DNA of 64,000 nt, taken from NCBI RefSeq assembly GCF_006345805.1, contig NC_042999.1, positions 76,384,001 to 76,448,000 on the forward strand, in the 5' to 3' direction. A program made the position numbers and the translations under genes. Source of the stretch: Octopus sinensis (lineage: Eukaryota). Shown here one piece after another: positions 12,593 through 26,392 of this stretch. Position 1 is the first letter of the stretch, and every line of letters starts with the position of its first letter. The notes beneath the pieces are model-generated. The model searched no databases. It was given only the letters and a program-made list of their open reading frames with translations, and was not told where the DNA came from.

Positions 12593-13001
12593 TACTCTTT
12601 TACTCTCTAACTTGTTTCAGTCATGTGACTGTGGCCATGCTGGAGCACTGCCTTTAGTCGAGCAAATCGATCCCAGGACTTATTCTTTGTAAGCCTAGTA
12701 CTTATTCTATCGCTCCCTTTTGCCGAACGGTTAGTTTCGGGGATGTAAACACACCAGCATCGGTTGTCAAGCGATGTTGGGGGGACAAACACAGACACAC
12801 AAACATATACACACACATACATATATATACATATATACGACGGGCTTCTTTCAGTTTCCGTCTACCAGATCCACTCACAAGACTTTGGTCGGCCCGAGGC
12901 TATAGCACAAGACACTTGCCCAAGGTGCTACGCAGTAGGACTGAACCCGGAACCATGTAGTCGGTAAGCAAGCTACTTACCACACAGCTACTCGTACGCC
13001 T
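12593..13001 (-). mobile_element. SINE family B (tRNA head, CORE-like domain, internal microsatellite, LINE-like 3' tail), full length
   Basis: Sense strand: head with ggttccgggttcagtcc, then caccttgggcaagtgtctt, ending ccagcatggccacagtcacatgactgaaacaag. Confidence 0.9.
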
Positions 13002-13629
13002 ATAGTAACCAACAGGCCAAAGAGTGCTACTATCATACATAGATGGTTAAAATGTAAACAAGACATAAACAAAACGGAAATACATAGTTGAATACAAACA
13101 GATATACATACATATACTTAGAGAAATATTTATGAATGTACTGAAGTTCTAAGTGCGAAGTCCAAACCTTCAGCACATGTTCAGCACAATAAACTCTTCG
13201 ATACACACCTAGACATTCACATAAATATGCACAGCCAACAGAAACCTTACTCCATCCGGACGAAGTTTTCCATATCCGGCCAACTCGCTCTCTCCTCTAC
13301 CAGTCACAAATGTCTTGAAAATAACTAAAAGATCTGCCGCATTCCTTGAAAGTTAAACTATTTTAACCATTTAAGAGTAAATAGTACCCGTAGAAGAGCA
13401 AACAGTACATGTAGAATTATATTTCATATATATCTAGAAGCCAGACATCATCACAATTCTACTGCATCTGTTGAAAATGAGTAGCTAATGGGTTTTTATA
13501 ACCGCCCCCCACCATGAGATTTTTATTGCTTCGGCGATTTCCCCTTTTTTCAACTGTCCTTCTCGTTTTCGCATTACAATTTGTGTTTAATTGTTTGTTT
13601 CTGCTCATAGTTTATTTTTCCTTTCTACT

Positions 13630-13836
13630 ATAGGCACAAGACCAGAAAATTTGTATGAGTTCGGTAGTTTGTTCACATCAACTCCAGTACTCAACTGGTA
13701 CTTATTTTATCAACTCTGAAACGATGAAAGGCAAAGTTGACTTTGGGGCGGAATTTGAACTCAGAACGTAAAGGCGGGAAAATGCCGCTAAGCATATTGT
13801 GGGGCGTGCTAACGATTCTGCCCAACTCGCCTCCTT
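13630..13836 (-). mobile_element. SINE family A
   Basis: gatgaaaggcaaagttgac...gaatttgaactcagaacg...gctaacgattctgcc. Confidence 0.85.
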
Positions 13837-14214
13837 CATATTTCTGTTCATAGCGAACATCAACTTAGGCACACTAGCTTATTATATATATTTTATGTAT
13901 CGGTTCATTTCAAATTTCTTTTATTAACCTTAGAACCTTTGTCTATTGTTGCTAATTGTTTCCTATGCACATACACACTTAGGTATTTATTGTCACTATT
14001 CTTCCTCTTTTTCTATAATAGTAATTATAAATAATAATTTTCCTAGTGGGGCCGATTTAGAACCCCTTGAGACGGCGTTCGCTGTTTATATAGGGATTAT
14101 CTCGGAGTTTGTTTGATATATCTGCTTACAGTACAAGTCTAGTAGCATTAGATTTTAGCCAAGTTGTTGTATTTAACCGCAATGATGAAAAAAAAAAACT
14201 GGAATAGAATAAAA

Positions 14215-15282
14215 TTATGTGTGTGTACACACGTGTGTGTGTATATATATATATACACATGTGTGTGTGTATGTATATATATATATATATATATATACAC
14301 ACAATATGTATACATATGTATTTGCATATTTATATATATATATATATATATATATACGCACAAACATACAAAAATATACACATATACGCACACACATACA
14401 TACATTGATTGCACGTACACACTTGTGTGTGTGGCGTTTACTTTGGTATTTCTGGAGTTCTATAATTGCTTGGGAACATGGAAATCAAAAAGAAATATCC
14501 ATTCGAAAGCATGTCTCAGTCAATCAAAGCATTACGCTTCACTAATCACATCACACGTTTTACAGCCCGCCGTGGGATTCAGATTGCTGTGAGCGAGTGG
14601 ATGAGAGAGAGAGAGAGAGACAGAGAGAGAGAAAGAAAGATAGACAGACAGACAGAAAGAGAAAGTTGTAAGGCAGCAATGAACATGATGTGTGCGTTTG
14701 TTTGTGTACGTGGTTATGAGTGTGATAAAACGCATAGATAGAGAGGGGGCGAGAGAGAGGAAGAGAGAGAGGAGGAAGAGAAAAAGAAAAAGGGAAGAGT
14801 GGGGTATGAGAGAAATGGGGTGGAAATATTTTTAAGTGTGTAAGTGTAGTGGTGATCTGAGTTTGCGTGAATATACATGCTTTATGGGAGAGTATCTAAG
14901 CGCGAGTGTATATGTAGGTATGTGTGAATTTATTTCTAAGTGCCGAATTTTCTCAGTTTGATCTGCGTATATATATATGTGTGTGTGTGTGAGAGAGAGA
15001 ATGTGTGCGTGTGTGAGTGTGTTTTCGCGCGCGCGAATGCGTGTGTGAATGTGTGTGCGTGTAGATGTATACTAATCTCCCTTGTATGTATACGTGTGTG
15101 TATATATCTGTGTGAGAACATTTGGGTATGTATTGAATTTATTCTACAGAAGGTGCTTGAGAGCTGGAGCATATATTTGTGTGTGTGTGTGTGTGTGTGT
15201 ATGTGTGTGTGCGTGTGTGTGTGTGTGCGTGCGTGCGTGTGTGTGTGTGTGCGTGCGTGCGTGTGTGTGTGTTTGAGAGCAA

Positions 15283-15341
<59 letters not shown>

Positions 15342-15639
15342 TGCGTATCTGTACGACTGTATGTCAGTGTTTGCGTGGTCATGTATTAGTGTGTGTGTAT
15401 GCATGTGTATGTATATGTGTCTCTGTGTGTGTGTATGTGTGTGAAAGAAATAGAAAGCGTGAGAGTGAGAAAGAGACAGAGAGTATTTTTTGTTCAAGGT
15501 TTATTTCTGTATGCGTACGGAGAATGCGATCGGATGTTAAACGTCGTTTGAGTTTGTATTTATGTTTGTGTGCGACTCTATACGCATTATACTCGTGTTT
15601 CTGCATATGTGAGTATGTACACATCGTTTGCATGCTTGA

Positions 15640-15686
<47 letters not shown>

Positions 15687-15700
15687 ACTGCCGTTTGGTT
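14215..15700. repeat. Dense compound (GT)/(TA)/(GA)/(GCGT) microsatellite region
   Basis: Direct sequence. Accounts for the CV/YI/HT ORFs in this interval. Confidence 0.9.
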
Positions 15701-16249
15701 GTGTATGCATGTGCGATTGTCACTGCATAGTCCAATCTGTGTGCTGAGGCATGTTCCCTATTGTGCGTAAATCTATCAGGATGTCTATCTCTATGCATAT
15801 GGTCGCTGACCGTGTTTGTGTTCATTTGCGTATGCTTTTTTCCTTTTTCGTGTTCATATGTACTAACGTGTGTGTAACGGTCTTTACGTGTGTTTCTGCA
15901 TGTATATAGGCAATTGTGTATGTGTATGCCTGTGTGTGTGTGTTTGGGTAGAATTCCAACGCAAGAAGACATTTTACGATGCTAATAATCATATTACATT
16001 CCTATCGTCACTACATACAGTTAACTTCTGAGATCGCACAGTGAAGCTCGTTCAACTTCATACTATAACGAATTGAACCCTGCCCTTGGATATGATTATT
16101 GTGAAATGATAAAATGCAGGACTAATTTAATTACAGTATAAATTATTTTATATTTCACATTTTGAGTTCGAATGTCATCACACACGATTTCGAGAGTGTT
16201 TCCTCTTATTGAACTTGAGTGATACCCATAATATATTATAGTAATCAGT

Positions 16250-16780
16250 AAGAAACTATACCAATGCTTCGGCCAGTGTACAAATGATAGGCTCGCTGGA
16301 ACTAATAATGAAACGACGCTATTATTCACAAATTCATGGATATATTAAAGAAAAAAAAAAACATAAATTAGTACTGTGCTACTAGGAATCAACGATACCA
16401 TTTCTATCAAGCAGTGACTAAGTGATTGGTTCATTGGAAACCAATACCCAAGTGACGTTATTGATTACAAATGCTTGATATATTAAATAAAATATATATA
16501 TATTAACTCTGTGCCAGTACTATACAGCTGATGAATCAACTACACCGTTTCTATCATGCAGCGAACAAGTGATTTGGCCCTTTGAATCCAGTAACCAAAC
16601 GACGTTATTGTTTACAATGCATGACACATTAAATAAAATATATATATATTAGTATCTTACTAATAATATACTCGAGATGAATCAACTATACCGTTTCCCC
16701 TCAAGCAGTAAAAATGTCATTGGCCAGTCGGAATAACGAAACGACGCTGTTGTTCAGAAACGCATGACATTTAAAATAAG
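16250..16780. repeat. Degenerate tandem array, about 3.7 copies of a ~143-bp unit
   Basis: Anchor aaacgacg(t/c)t at 16311, 16450, 16597 and 16739 (spacing 139/147/142). Units share gaatcaac(t/g)a(t/c)acc...tcaagcag motifs. Confidence 0.85.
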
Positions 16781-17256
16781 GAACAAAACAAAAATTTAAA
16801 AGACAAAGAAGCATTCTTCAGTAAACATGCTGAAATTGTAAAATTCTACACTAAATGCTTTACATTAAAACTTGAACACCTACTAATGTATTCGATTCTA
16901 TTTGTTATACCTCCATGTTCTAAGATTAATCAAAAGCAATTGATAAGTAAATAGGGTCATATCAAGATAAAATAGTTTCACTTTCAGAAAGCTATAAATA
17001 CTGTACAATCTCCCTAATAATTTTAAGGTGTTCTAACTGAAAAAATACTCGATGACTACTACATATATTTTAAGGATGAGAATGTTTCATATCTTAATTG
17101 ATTTTATATTTATATAGATTCCCATTTACAGGCTCCACGAAGTGACTGTGATCCATACTTCAAAGGGTTACCACTGAAAACTTCATCCTTATGAGTCTAT
17201 GGATAACAAGTCAGCCTGGCTTGAGCTTATGTCTCACCATAATATTCGTTTCACAG

Positions 17257-17451
17257 TTTGGCAGAAAGCCAGCGATTTTGAGGGAGGTGTTAAGTTGATT
17301 ACATCGACCTCAGTGTTCAACGAATACTTAAGTTATCGACCCCGAAACGATTAAAGGCAAAGTCGACTTCGGCTAAATGTGAACTCCGAACGAAAGGACG
17401 GACGAAATGCCGCTAAACATTGTGCTAACGGTTCTACCAACTCGCTGCCTT
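17257..17451 (-). mobile_element. SINE family A
   Basis: ttatcgaccccgaaacgattaaaggcaaagtcgac...gacgaaatgccgctaa. Confidence 0.85.
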
Positions 17452-17589
17452 CGTTTCTTTGCATAACATTACGACTACTGCTGCAAAATCCCAGATATGA
17501 GAAGTAAGGAAATCGGAGTGTCTTAACTGGGAATTGATCTTCTTTAATTTAAACGCAAACACGAGATACTCACTACAATCCAGTGAGGG

Positions 17590-17780
17590 AGCCTCAACAC
17601 ACTTTCTCGATTCGCTGCAAATAACAGTAAAATCTCCTTTGAATCACACCTACGATCGTTAAAAGTATGGTCACATGGAGATTATTCCCTAGATGCATTA
17701 CTTGTCAAGATGGAGATGGATGGTTACATATGGAATAATTTTTATCAAGAATATGATTAATCACAAATGACCTGGAATAA
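17590..17780 (+). mobile_element. Old dispersed repeat family D (likely retroposon 3' segment); related copies near 18440-18560, 33395-33560, 46862-47050 and 55520-55610
   Basis: Recurring motifs aaatctc..aatcacacc, gatggtta/gatggtca..tggaa and tgatca shared among diverged copies. By-eye similarity only. Confidence 0.45.
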
Positions 17781-17974
17781 AAATATATATATATATTAAC
17801 GATTCACCACACAACAACACTCGAATATTATATTCTATATATCACTGTATCACTGCTTCGACCATATTATCGGATATTGATATATACCCTTGGTCACCAT
17901 ACGCTTCCTCTCATTGTTGTAGCTTTCGAATGATGCCGTCTCGGTTGCTATACAGGTAGGCTGACAGTCCCTCT

Positions 17975-18146
17975 TGAATGGAACGCCGGCCAGTCGCTGG
18001 ATTATTCATTTACAGGTGAGTGTACTAGAACAACATGAAATGAAATCATTTGCTCAAGGACACAACCCACACTCGGTCTGGGAATCGAAAGCACGACCTT
18101 GCAATCGTGAATGCAACATCCTGACCACTAAGGTGCAGACCTTCAG
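17975..18146 (-). mobile_element. tRNA/CORE-like SINE (family C), partial
   Basis: Sense: tgaaggtctgcaccttagtggtcagg...ttcgattcccagaccg...ttgtgtccttgagcaa. Confidence 0.8.
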
Positions 18147-18719
18147 ATGTTCTACAATATATATTCCAGAAGAAAATAAAGAATACTTCTTCATATATTT
18201 TACAGCATGATAAATAGGATAGTACGTGCTAATACCCTTAATGCAATGGTCCAAGAAATTCGAATTAACACTAGACCCATTCCGATGAGATAATGATCAT
18301 TATCTTATGAACTTAGACTGAGTAGTTTGACTTTTGGTAACCAGAGTTATGCATTATAAATTAATCAACGATATTGAGTTCATAGAATGAAACAGTAAAA
18401 GTTGTGATGTCCATACTGTTTTAGAGTGGTAGAAATATGATCAAAATATTCTGACTATGATTATCCCACCTTTTGTCTGGATACCATTTTTTTAAAACGT
18501 TAGGTGTGCTAAGAGGGCGATTTGGTTGCTAATTCTAGCATGTGGGACGATCTTTCAGAGACATTCCTCTCTCATTAGCGATTAGTAACGAGGTAGCTCA
18601 TTCAAGCTTTAAATGAAGTTTCTGACGTTTCGGGGATCATAGATAAATGAAGGCACAATACAGTTATGTAGAGTGTATACTTTCAGATGGGATGTGTATT
18701 GTAACCTCTCTTTTCCATA

Positions 18720-19500
18720 ATTTTATTTTCACTGGATTGGCATGCGCAGCCACTGTGGGAGTTACATCACGATCGATGGATGTAGGATCGGTCGCCCGGT
18801 ATTTATAGACGAAATGGTGTTACTTGTCTCAATGAGTCCGCTACCAAATGCTGCAAGGCAGGGATGACGATTAGTGTTGCGAAGACTGAGGCATTGGTTC
18901 TCTCAAGAAACTCGTCCTAAGGCACTCTGCATGTTAGTGAAACATCATCACTGAAACAAGTGGAGAAGTTTAAATATTCTTGGGTCGGTATATACGTGTG
19001 ACGGCAGGAAGATGGCTGAATTTGATGTTGGAATTACGGGTGCTGAACACTAATGCGTGAGCTCCACCCTTCGATAATCAGAAGAGAAGTTGATAAAAGA
19101 AAAAAAAAAACTCGCTATCTTCATTTCAATTTTCGGGCCTATCGTCACCCATGATCATGAATGTTGGGTAATGAAAGAGTACTATCGCGAATGAAAGCAT
19201 CCAAAATGGGGTTACTCCGAAGGGTTTCTGAATTAATGGTACTCAACTGGGTGCGTCGGAAAGCTGAGTGGCTTTCCACATCGAGCCGCTGTTTCTACAT
19301 GTGATTAGAATGTCGCAGAAAAAGAATCGCAAGACGGTTTCTTCCAGACAAGACAACCAGCAGGAGATCTAGGAGTGAACATAGAAGATTATGGTTCGAT
19401 AATATCCATAGTCTCAGTTAGTCGAACTTGGAATCAAGTCGAATAGTCGAATGACATTTGCTTCTGATAGAACCCTATGAGGGAGAAGCCTGAGGAGAAT
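18720..19500 (+). mobile_element. Decayed RTE-clade LINE (Rex3/Expander-like) RT C-terminal half
   Basis: Joined frames: AGMTISVAKTEALVLSRN...LKQVEKFKY.GSVYTCDGR...LMRELH...LAIFISIF.PIVTHDHECWVM...KMGLLRRVS...HIEPLFL...IRMSQKRIAR...WFDNIHSLS. Confidence 0.85.
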
Positions 19501-19539
19501 GTATGCCTCGTTAAAGCTTCATGTTAATTGCAGAGCAAT

Positions 19540-19548
19540 ATACATACA

Positions 19549-19582
<34 letters not shown>

Positions 19583-19682
19583 CATACACACAGACAGACA
19601 GACAGACGTGTGTATGTATGTATGTATGTATGTATGTGTGTATGTATGTATGTATGTGTGTATGTATGTATGCATGCATGTA
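19540..19682. repeat. Inverted (ATAC)n/(GTAT)n microsatellite
   Basis: Direct sequence. Confidence 0.9.
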
Positions 19683-19934
19683 TATGCATATTATAATACG
19701 ATTAACGACTCCAAATCGTTGTCATAGTATCCATGTAAGAGGAGTGTGGACCGACTACTGGCAACGAATCATGTAATCGTATAAGTTGTTATAACGAAAC
19801 TAAACCAAATAGACGTATTTTCATATCATTTAATACGTACGTTCAAGTCTGCGTATATATAAATACACACACGTACATATTCATAGATATACATTGAGAT
19901 TTACATAAATGTACATACAGAAATATATTGAGAT

Positions 19935-20006
<72 letters not shown>

Positions 20007-20768
20007 ACGTGTGTTTGTGTGTGTCTTCATTTGTTTTAGCACATTAGTCTTTTCATCTTATTTAGAGGTGAGGAGTAAATTCGATGCGAAACTTAACAGT
20101 TTATTACAAAGATGTACAAAAAACAAACTTTATTCAAATGTCAATAAATCAGCAGCAAAGTATTATAATTGATTGCATGTAATAACATTGTTCAAACATA
20201 AAGAATCTTTACCGCTCACGCAGGCTTTCCAATGTGCCGCTTTATTCCCATAAGAACGTAATATTTCGAGCATCAAGAATTATTAACAATAATGTTATAG
20301 GGTTAAAGGTTAGCAACGATTAAGAACTATTACATAGAATAATACTACACCAGCAACCGAGAGTTGAGCCTCTGTTGCACGCATATACATTCAATTTACT
20401 AACAGATTACCATAAATGTAACAGCGTTTATCACTTTCTGCAGATCTCCCAAAGGAAACGCTCAAAGTATGAGCACGCTTAATGATTTTCTGAAAATTAT
20501 TTTTATTCAGTTTTGTATTTCATTAATTCACGTATTATTTTAATGTACTGTTTTTTGTTTGTTTGTTTGTTTTTTTTCATTTTGCCTTTTACTTCCCCCG
20601 CCATTTTCTGCAACTGAAACTATTTTTGGTCATCACGATTTTCATTTCTACATGATGTTATCTGCAAACTAATTAGCTCGGAATTAAAACTGAAATAATT
20701 CTCCTTGAAACAGAAGTAAATTTGTCAAGAGCACGAATTTATAGAATTCGTAGAAAATTACTTAACCG

Positions 20769-20818
<50 letters not shown>

Positions 20819-22312
20819 GTATACATGTCTCAGAATATGTATGCATCGAATTCTTCATTAACTTACGTGTTCACATAAATAGATGTGGAAATATGCATGT
20901 AAATGATAAAGCGTATGTGAAAAGTGTGTGTGTGCATGCGCACGCTTGCTTGTGTGTATATAAGTATATAGGTAAATTTATTATAGCATTAGTAGTATGA
21001 AGTTCAAAGATAATAAAGGTGGAGTTGTTTGTGTCAATCTAATCAGTAATTGCTTCTTTCTTCATTTCTCTCTTAATTTCATTTTTTTATCTTTCTTTTC
21101 TTGTCTTTTTACCTTTTCTTTTCTTTCGCTTATTCTCTTCCTTTCTATACTTATATAATTTCTCTTCATCAGCACACTCTGTCCTCTATTTTTTTTTCTA
21201 TTTTTTCATTTCCTACTAGTTTAGCCTTCACGCTTTCATCTCCAATTTCTCTCCGTTCTTTCTTTTATCTTATATCTATTTCTTCCGACTTTCCATTTTC
21301 TTCAGCTCGCTTCTTCGACTCTAGTCTCTTTCCTTTTCATCTTTTCGTTCTTTGCACATTAAAATACGCTAACACATTCGTCATTGTTTTATTTCATTCA
21401 CACTATCAAAAGGGCAAACGTACGCTTCGTTACGACAATGCACTGAAGATAAAATCAGTGATAGTAGACTGCCGCATGTAGATTCAACTTCAACAGAACC
21501 TCGCCAGCTCAAGGTTACATTATTCTGACTGATCCAAAATGAATTCCTGAAGTGATAGATAGCTAGATGGTGAGAGAGAATGGAGTGACACATAGGAAGA
21601 TATACAAATATGCGCTGCAGCTATGCTGAAAAATGAGACTTCAGATTCAATTGTTTCGCAGGTAGTAGAAGGAATGTAAAGAAGACATTTGTCAGTGAAA
21701 GGTGTCAACCATCCTGATTAAAAGAAAAGTGCAAATTAACTGAAGCGAAGCGAAATCCCATCGCAAATACAGATAACCGAGTGATAATCTCCACTAAATA
21801 TTTAACACAGTTACTACTAAAACCTTCGCTGAGATAGCAACTTGTATTCACCATCCATTAGTTTCCCCACGCTATTTCCTCTGTCAGGCGTGTCTCCTTG
21901 TCATTTAGGGAGATCGAGAATTACTGCGTTGATTTCACCGCCATGCCAACAAGAGTTTGTCAACCTGCAGAGTCGCCCCAACCAACGTCCTCGTCCCTGT
22001 TCTTGCTGCTGCTGCGATTGATGTGGTTGCTATCGCTATTGTTGCTATAGCTGCTGCTGCTCAATGTTTTTCTCATGCAAGTGTCCTCGAATAAAGCTGA
22101 TATAAGTTTTCCTTGCTACACTCTCCCTCAATCTGATAGTGGACATTACTGACGCTATAATTCCAAACGTGCTTTTTGCAGCATATTTTGTAGCCTCTTT
22201 CTTCAGCCAGAGAAGTAGGGGTCTTTAATCGAAATGTTCACAAAAGGATTACCACAGTAAATAAATTGTCTTCAACAGAACTTTACAAATTTTTTCCAGT
22301 CAGTATCATGCA

Positions 22313-22355
22313 AATAATAATAATAATAATAATAATAATGATAATAATAATGATA

Positions 22356-22402
<47 letters not shown>
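22313..22402. repeat. (AAT)n microsatellite
   Basis: Direct sequence. Probably an expanded tail of the adjacent minus-strand SINE. Confidence 0.95.
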
Positions 22403-22407
22403 CCTGT

Positions 22408-22617
22408 TTAATATAGGTACAAGGCCTGACATTTCAACAGAGGAGTGAAATCGATTACATCGACTCCTGTACACAACTGGTACTTAATTTATCGAACACG
22501 AATGTACGAAAGGCAAAGTCGACCTCGGCGGAAATTGAACTAGAGTGTGGAAAACAGACAAAAAATGCTGTTAAGCATTTTATCCGGCACGCTAACAACT
22601 CTGTCAATTCACCGTCT
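22408..22617 (-). mobile_element. SINE family A
   Basis: cgaaaggcaaagtcgacctcggcggaaattgaac...ggcacgctaacaactctg. Confidence 0.85.
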
Positions 22618-22673
22618 TAATAATAATAATAATTATTATTATTATTATCATTATTATTATTATTATTAATTCA

Positions 22674-22890
22674 AGGCGGCGAGCTGGCAGAATCATTAGC
22701 ATGCCGGGTGAAATGCTTAGCGGTATTTCGTCTGTCTTCGTGTTCTGAGTTCAAATACTGCCTAGGTCAAATTTCCCTTTCATCCTTTCGGAGTCGATAG
22801 ATTAAGCACCAGTTACGCACTGGGGTTGATATAATCGATATAATTTGTTTCCCCAAATTTGAGGCCCTGTGTTTTCTGTAGAAAGGATTA
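22674..22890 (+). mobile_element. SINE family A
   Basis: aggcggcgagctggcagaatcattagc...ctttcatcctttcggagtcg. Confidence 0.9.
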
Positions 22891-22908
22891 CTATTATTAA
22901 TAATATTA

Positions 22909-23290
22909 AAGCGGCGAGCTGGCAGAATCGTTAGCGCGCTGGACGAAATGCTTAGCGGTATTTCGTCCGTCGTTCGTTGTGAGCTCAAATTCCGCCGAGG
23001 TCGACTTTGCCTTTCATCCTTTCGGGATCGATAAATTAAGTACCAGTTACGCACTGGGGCCGATGTAATCAACTTAATCCGTTAAGTCTATCCTTGTTTG
23101 TCCCCTCTGTGAGTAGTAAAGAAATAGGTATTTCGCCCGTCGCTCAGTTCTGAGTTCAAAATCTACAGTGATCGACATTGCCTTTCATCCTTTCAGATTC
23201 GATAAATTAAGTATAAGTGAACCACAGGGATTGATGTAATCGACTAGTCCCCTCTCTCCAAATCTGATGCCTTGTGCCTCCCGTAGAAAA
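22909..23290 (+). mobile_element. SINE family A dimer: full unit plus a headless second unit starting near 23127, with (TAT)n tail to 23362
   Basis: The core gttctgagttcaaa...gcctttcatcctttc occurs twice in tandem. Confidence 0.85.
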
Positions 23291-23315
23291 TATTATTATT
23301 ATTATTATTATCATG

Positions 23316-23363
<48 letters not shown>

Positions 23364-23594
23364 ATATAGAGTTGCATTCAAATTCAGGAATGCTTTGTCA
23401 AGTTTACTTAGAAATATGCGGTAGGGAGAAGTAAGAACGTAAAAATAAATGGAAACCAATCAAAATGGAGTTCAAAGAATTTTATAGAGAACGAATAGCA
23501 AACGTGAATGGGGAAGAGCGAGAAATACTTTGAAAGAAAGGATCTATTTATGGGTACTTTAGTTTTACGCAAACACACAACACACGCACAATCC

Positions 23595-23629
<35 letters not shown>

Positions 23630-23631
23630 AT

Positions 23632-23689
<58 letters not shown>

Positions 23690-25089
23690 ATATATGTATA
23701 TATACATATATTTATACACATACACACACACGTGTATATATATATATACGTGCATCAGAAAATAACTGTTACTCAGAGTTTCACGTTTCCGTTCGGCGGA
23801 CAGTTGTGATCAGGACTAGAATAAAATTGTGGTGGTACATGTAATATATTATTTGATATAATTCAATTTGACGATTGAGCATCTGATTTTCTTTGGCTTA
23901 TTTTCATAACAGAAACGGTGCTGGATTTGCAAACGGATGGGCGGGTTGAGAATGTATAAATTGAACAGTACAATATAAATATGTTATATTATATCGAAAA
24001 AAACTTGAGTGAAGAAGGGAGTAATGCATGTCCAGAAGAGATTAATTAAAAATTAGTAATTAATAGAGGTGAAAGTTCGCTATTATGAATTTAAAAATCA
24101 TTGATTAAGGAAGTTACATATACACACACATACAAAGATATAAGTTTATGACTATGTAAACATTTGCAAAATATACAACTGTTAAAGCCAGTTCTTTTGG
24201 TCAAACTATCGTATCTCCCGCTGCTCCAGATGCCAAGATATGAAAATTGTCAAAGTGTAGTACAAGGGTTTAGGATTTTTCAAAAGCATAGTAAGTCCCA
24301 TATATGACTGTTTTGCAAAAATATTTCTGACTATCATGCATGCTCGGAGTTACGATTTTATGCACCCACCAAGGTATTATTGTTAAGCTCAAAGTGTTGC
24401 TAATATAAAAAGAAATGGAATAGTGAAACTATTTTTTCGTTTTCTGAAAAAAGCAACGTTTTGCACTAACGACACCTTTGCATAACAGCAACGGTATGTA
24501 TACGAATGCAAGCATAAGTGAGCACATACACACATACATGCATATGCATATATATTCACGTGCATACATGTATAAACACATCTTTACATATATACGCGTC
24601 CATATCAACACAGAGATATCCACAATTATACACACACACGCACACACTTATATACATATATATATATGCGGTCACCAGAGAAAAAAGAGAGAAGTAAGGG
24701 GTAGAAACAGATACAGATGGTGGGGATCTTTATCTATTTAAGTAAAGATACACACACACACACACACACACACATGCGCTTATGTGCGTATAATGTGCAT
24801 AGATACAACAGAGCCTGTACATTAGGGTGGAGCGAAAAATGCAACTTTTGAAGTTGATAACCAAGAATCGATATTTTGTTGCGAATTAGGGTTAAAAGCA
24901 AGGTGTTTAAAAAAATTTGCAGTTAGATACTTTTTCAAGCACCGCAACACAATTGAACATTTTTTAAATCGCTATTTTCAGTCGAATTTTGGATTTCGTG
25001 GATTATAAGTCGTAAAAATTTGCGACAAAGCAGAATGCAGAAAAGTAAATATAGTATCCTTAAGAGGTTGTGTACCAAGTTTCAATACA

Positions 25090-25493
25090 AGTGACTAATA
25101 CCTCAAGCAGGAGAATCCAGTCATGGCTCTCAGACAATTTCTGCGACCACATTATCCCTAAAATCTGGCCACCTAACTCCCCAGATTATTACGTGTGGAC
25201 GCAGTTGGGTGAGAGACCACCAAAACTCATTCTAGCACCAAAGATGATCTGAAGGCAACGATTATAACAGCATTCACCAACTTAAACAAGACCATCAAGA
25301 AGAGTGGCATGATGTTCCGAAGTCGTCTCGAGGCCGTGATTGAAGCCAATGGCGATTTTATTGAATGGATTATCTCTTTAGTATTTCAACATATTTTTCT
25401 ATAGTTTTGCTAAATATATATGTTAAAATCTGATGTCAGTGTTATTTTCATTTTTGCCTAATTTAGACAACAGTTTATTCACCGCACCCTGTA
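25090..25493 (+). mobile_element. Tc1/mariner-superfamily transposase C-terminus with right TIR
   Basis: IQSWLSDNFCDHIIPKIWPPNSPD-YYVW...KDDLKATIITAF...FRSRLEAVIEANGDFIE. Ends ttcaccgcaccctg+TA. Confidence 0.85.
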
Positions 25494-26134
25494 TATATTT
25501 AAACACACACGCGGATATATATACACACACGCGCGCATATATATACACATACATATGTATACATATACGTACACACACACACACATATATATAAAAGTGA
25601 CCAGGCTGGTCAAAACCAAACGGCTAAGATCGCCTAGAGAATGTACTGAATATAGATGCATACATACGCATAGGTATTCTATGTATATGCATATGCACTA
25701 TATCTAAATGCTTGCCTAAATATCTATGTAGGGATATAAACACATCCCTATATGCACACAAACACCACACACACTAACACACACAAACAAACACACACAT
25801 TAACACGTACTAACGCACAAATACAAAGTCACACTGGCACATGCGTAGGCGTGTATGTAGGTGTATGTAACGGCGTGTGTAAATGCGGCATATTAAAAAG
25901 CAGTATGAAGAAAGAATAAATGCAAAGCTTTCAGCGAGTATTTCCGTTCTTCTATTTTAACCGACGTCATATATTTATTTATATTAATATTCATGTAATT
26001 GTCAGTAATATATTATACGTGTAATGAATTCATGTGTATATGCAAACATATCTATATGCGGGCATCTATGTACATACATAGATACGTATACGTATGCGTA
26101 CATAAGAACATCCGTATGAATGTATGAGTGTGTG

Positions 26135-26392
26135 TGTGTGTGGCTTAGTAGCTAAGATGTTGCTCTCACGATCGCGAGATAGTGGTTTCAATACCTAGGT
26201 GGTGCGTTGTGTTCTTGAGCAAAATAATTCATCTCGCGTTGCTTTACGATCACTTCGATGCTTGACGCGTGGTACACCGTGCACCTGCTCAAGCAACGTC
26301 GATTTATTGGAAGGTGTGTGTTAATGTACAGTACATACATTTGATCATTATATACAAATCATTTGTGCAGGTTGTTCGGCAAGAAATGTTAA
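26135..26392 (+). mobile_element. tRNA/CORE-like SINE (family C'; same family as 61296-61545)
   Basis: tggcttagtagctaagatg...gcgttgtgttcttgagcaaa...gtgcacctg..gtcgattt. Confidence 0.8.

Noticed and set aside
16250-16780. CRISPR-like reading of the spaced conserved motifs
   Set aside because: The 'spacers' are homologous to each other, the context is eukaryotic and there are no cas genes. It is a tandem repeat.
24826-25090. Possible DNA-transposon end (tagggtggagcg...tgtgtaccaagtttca)
   Set aside because: No matching TIR or TSD found in the window, so it was not called.
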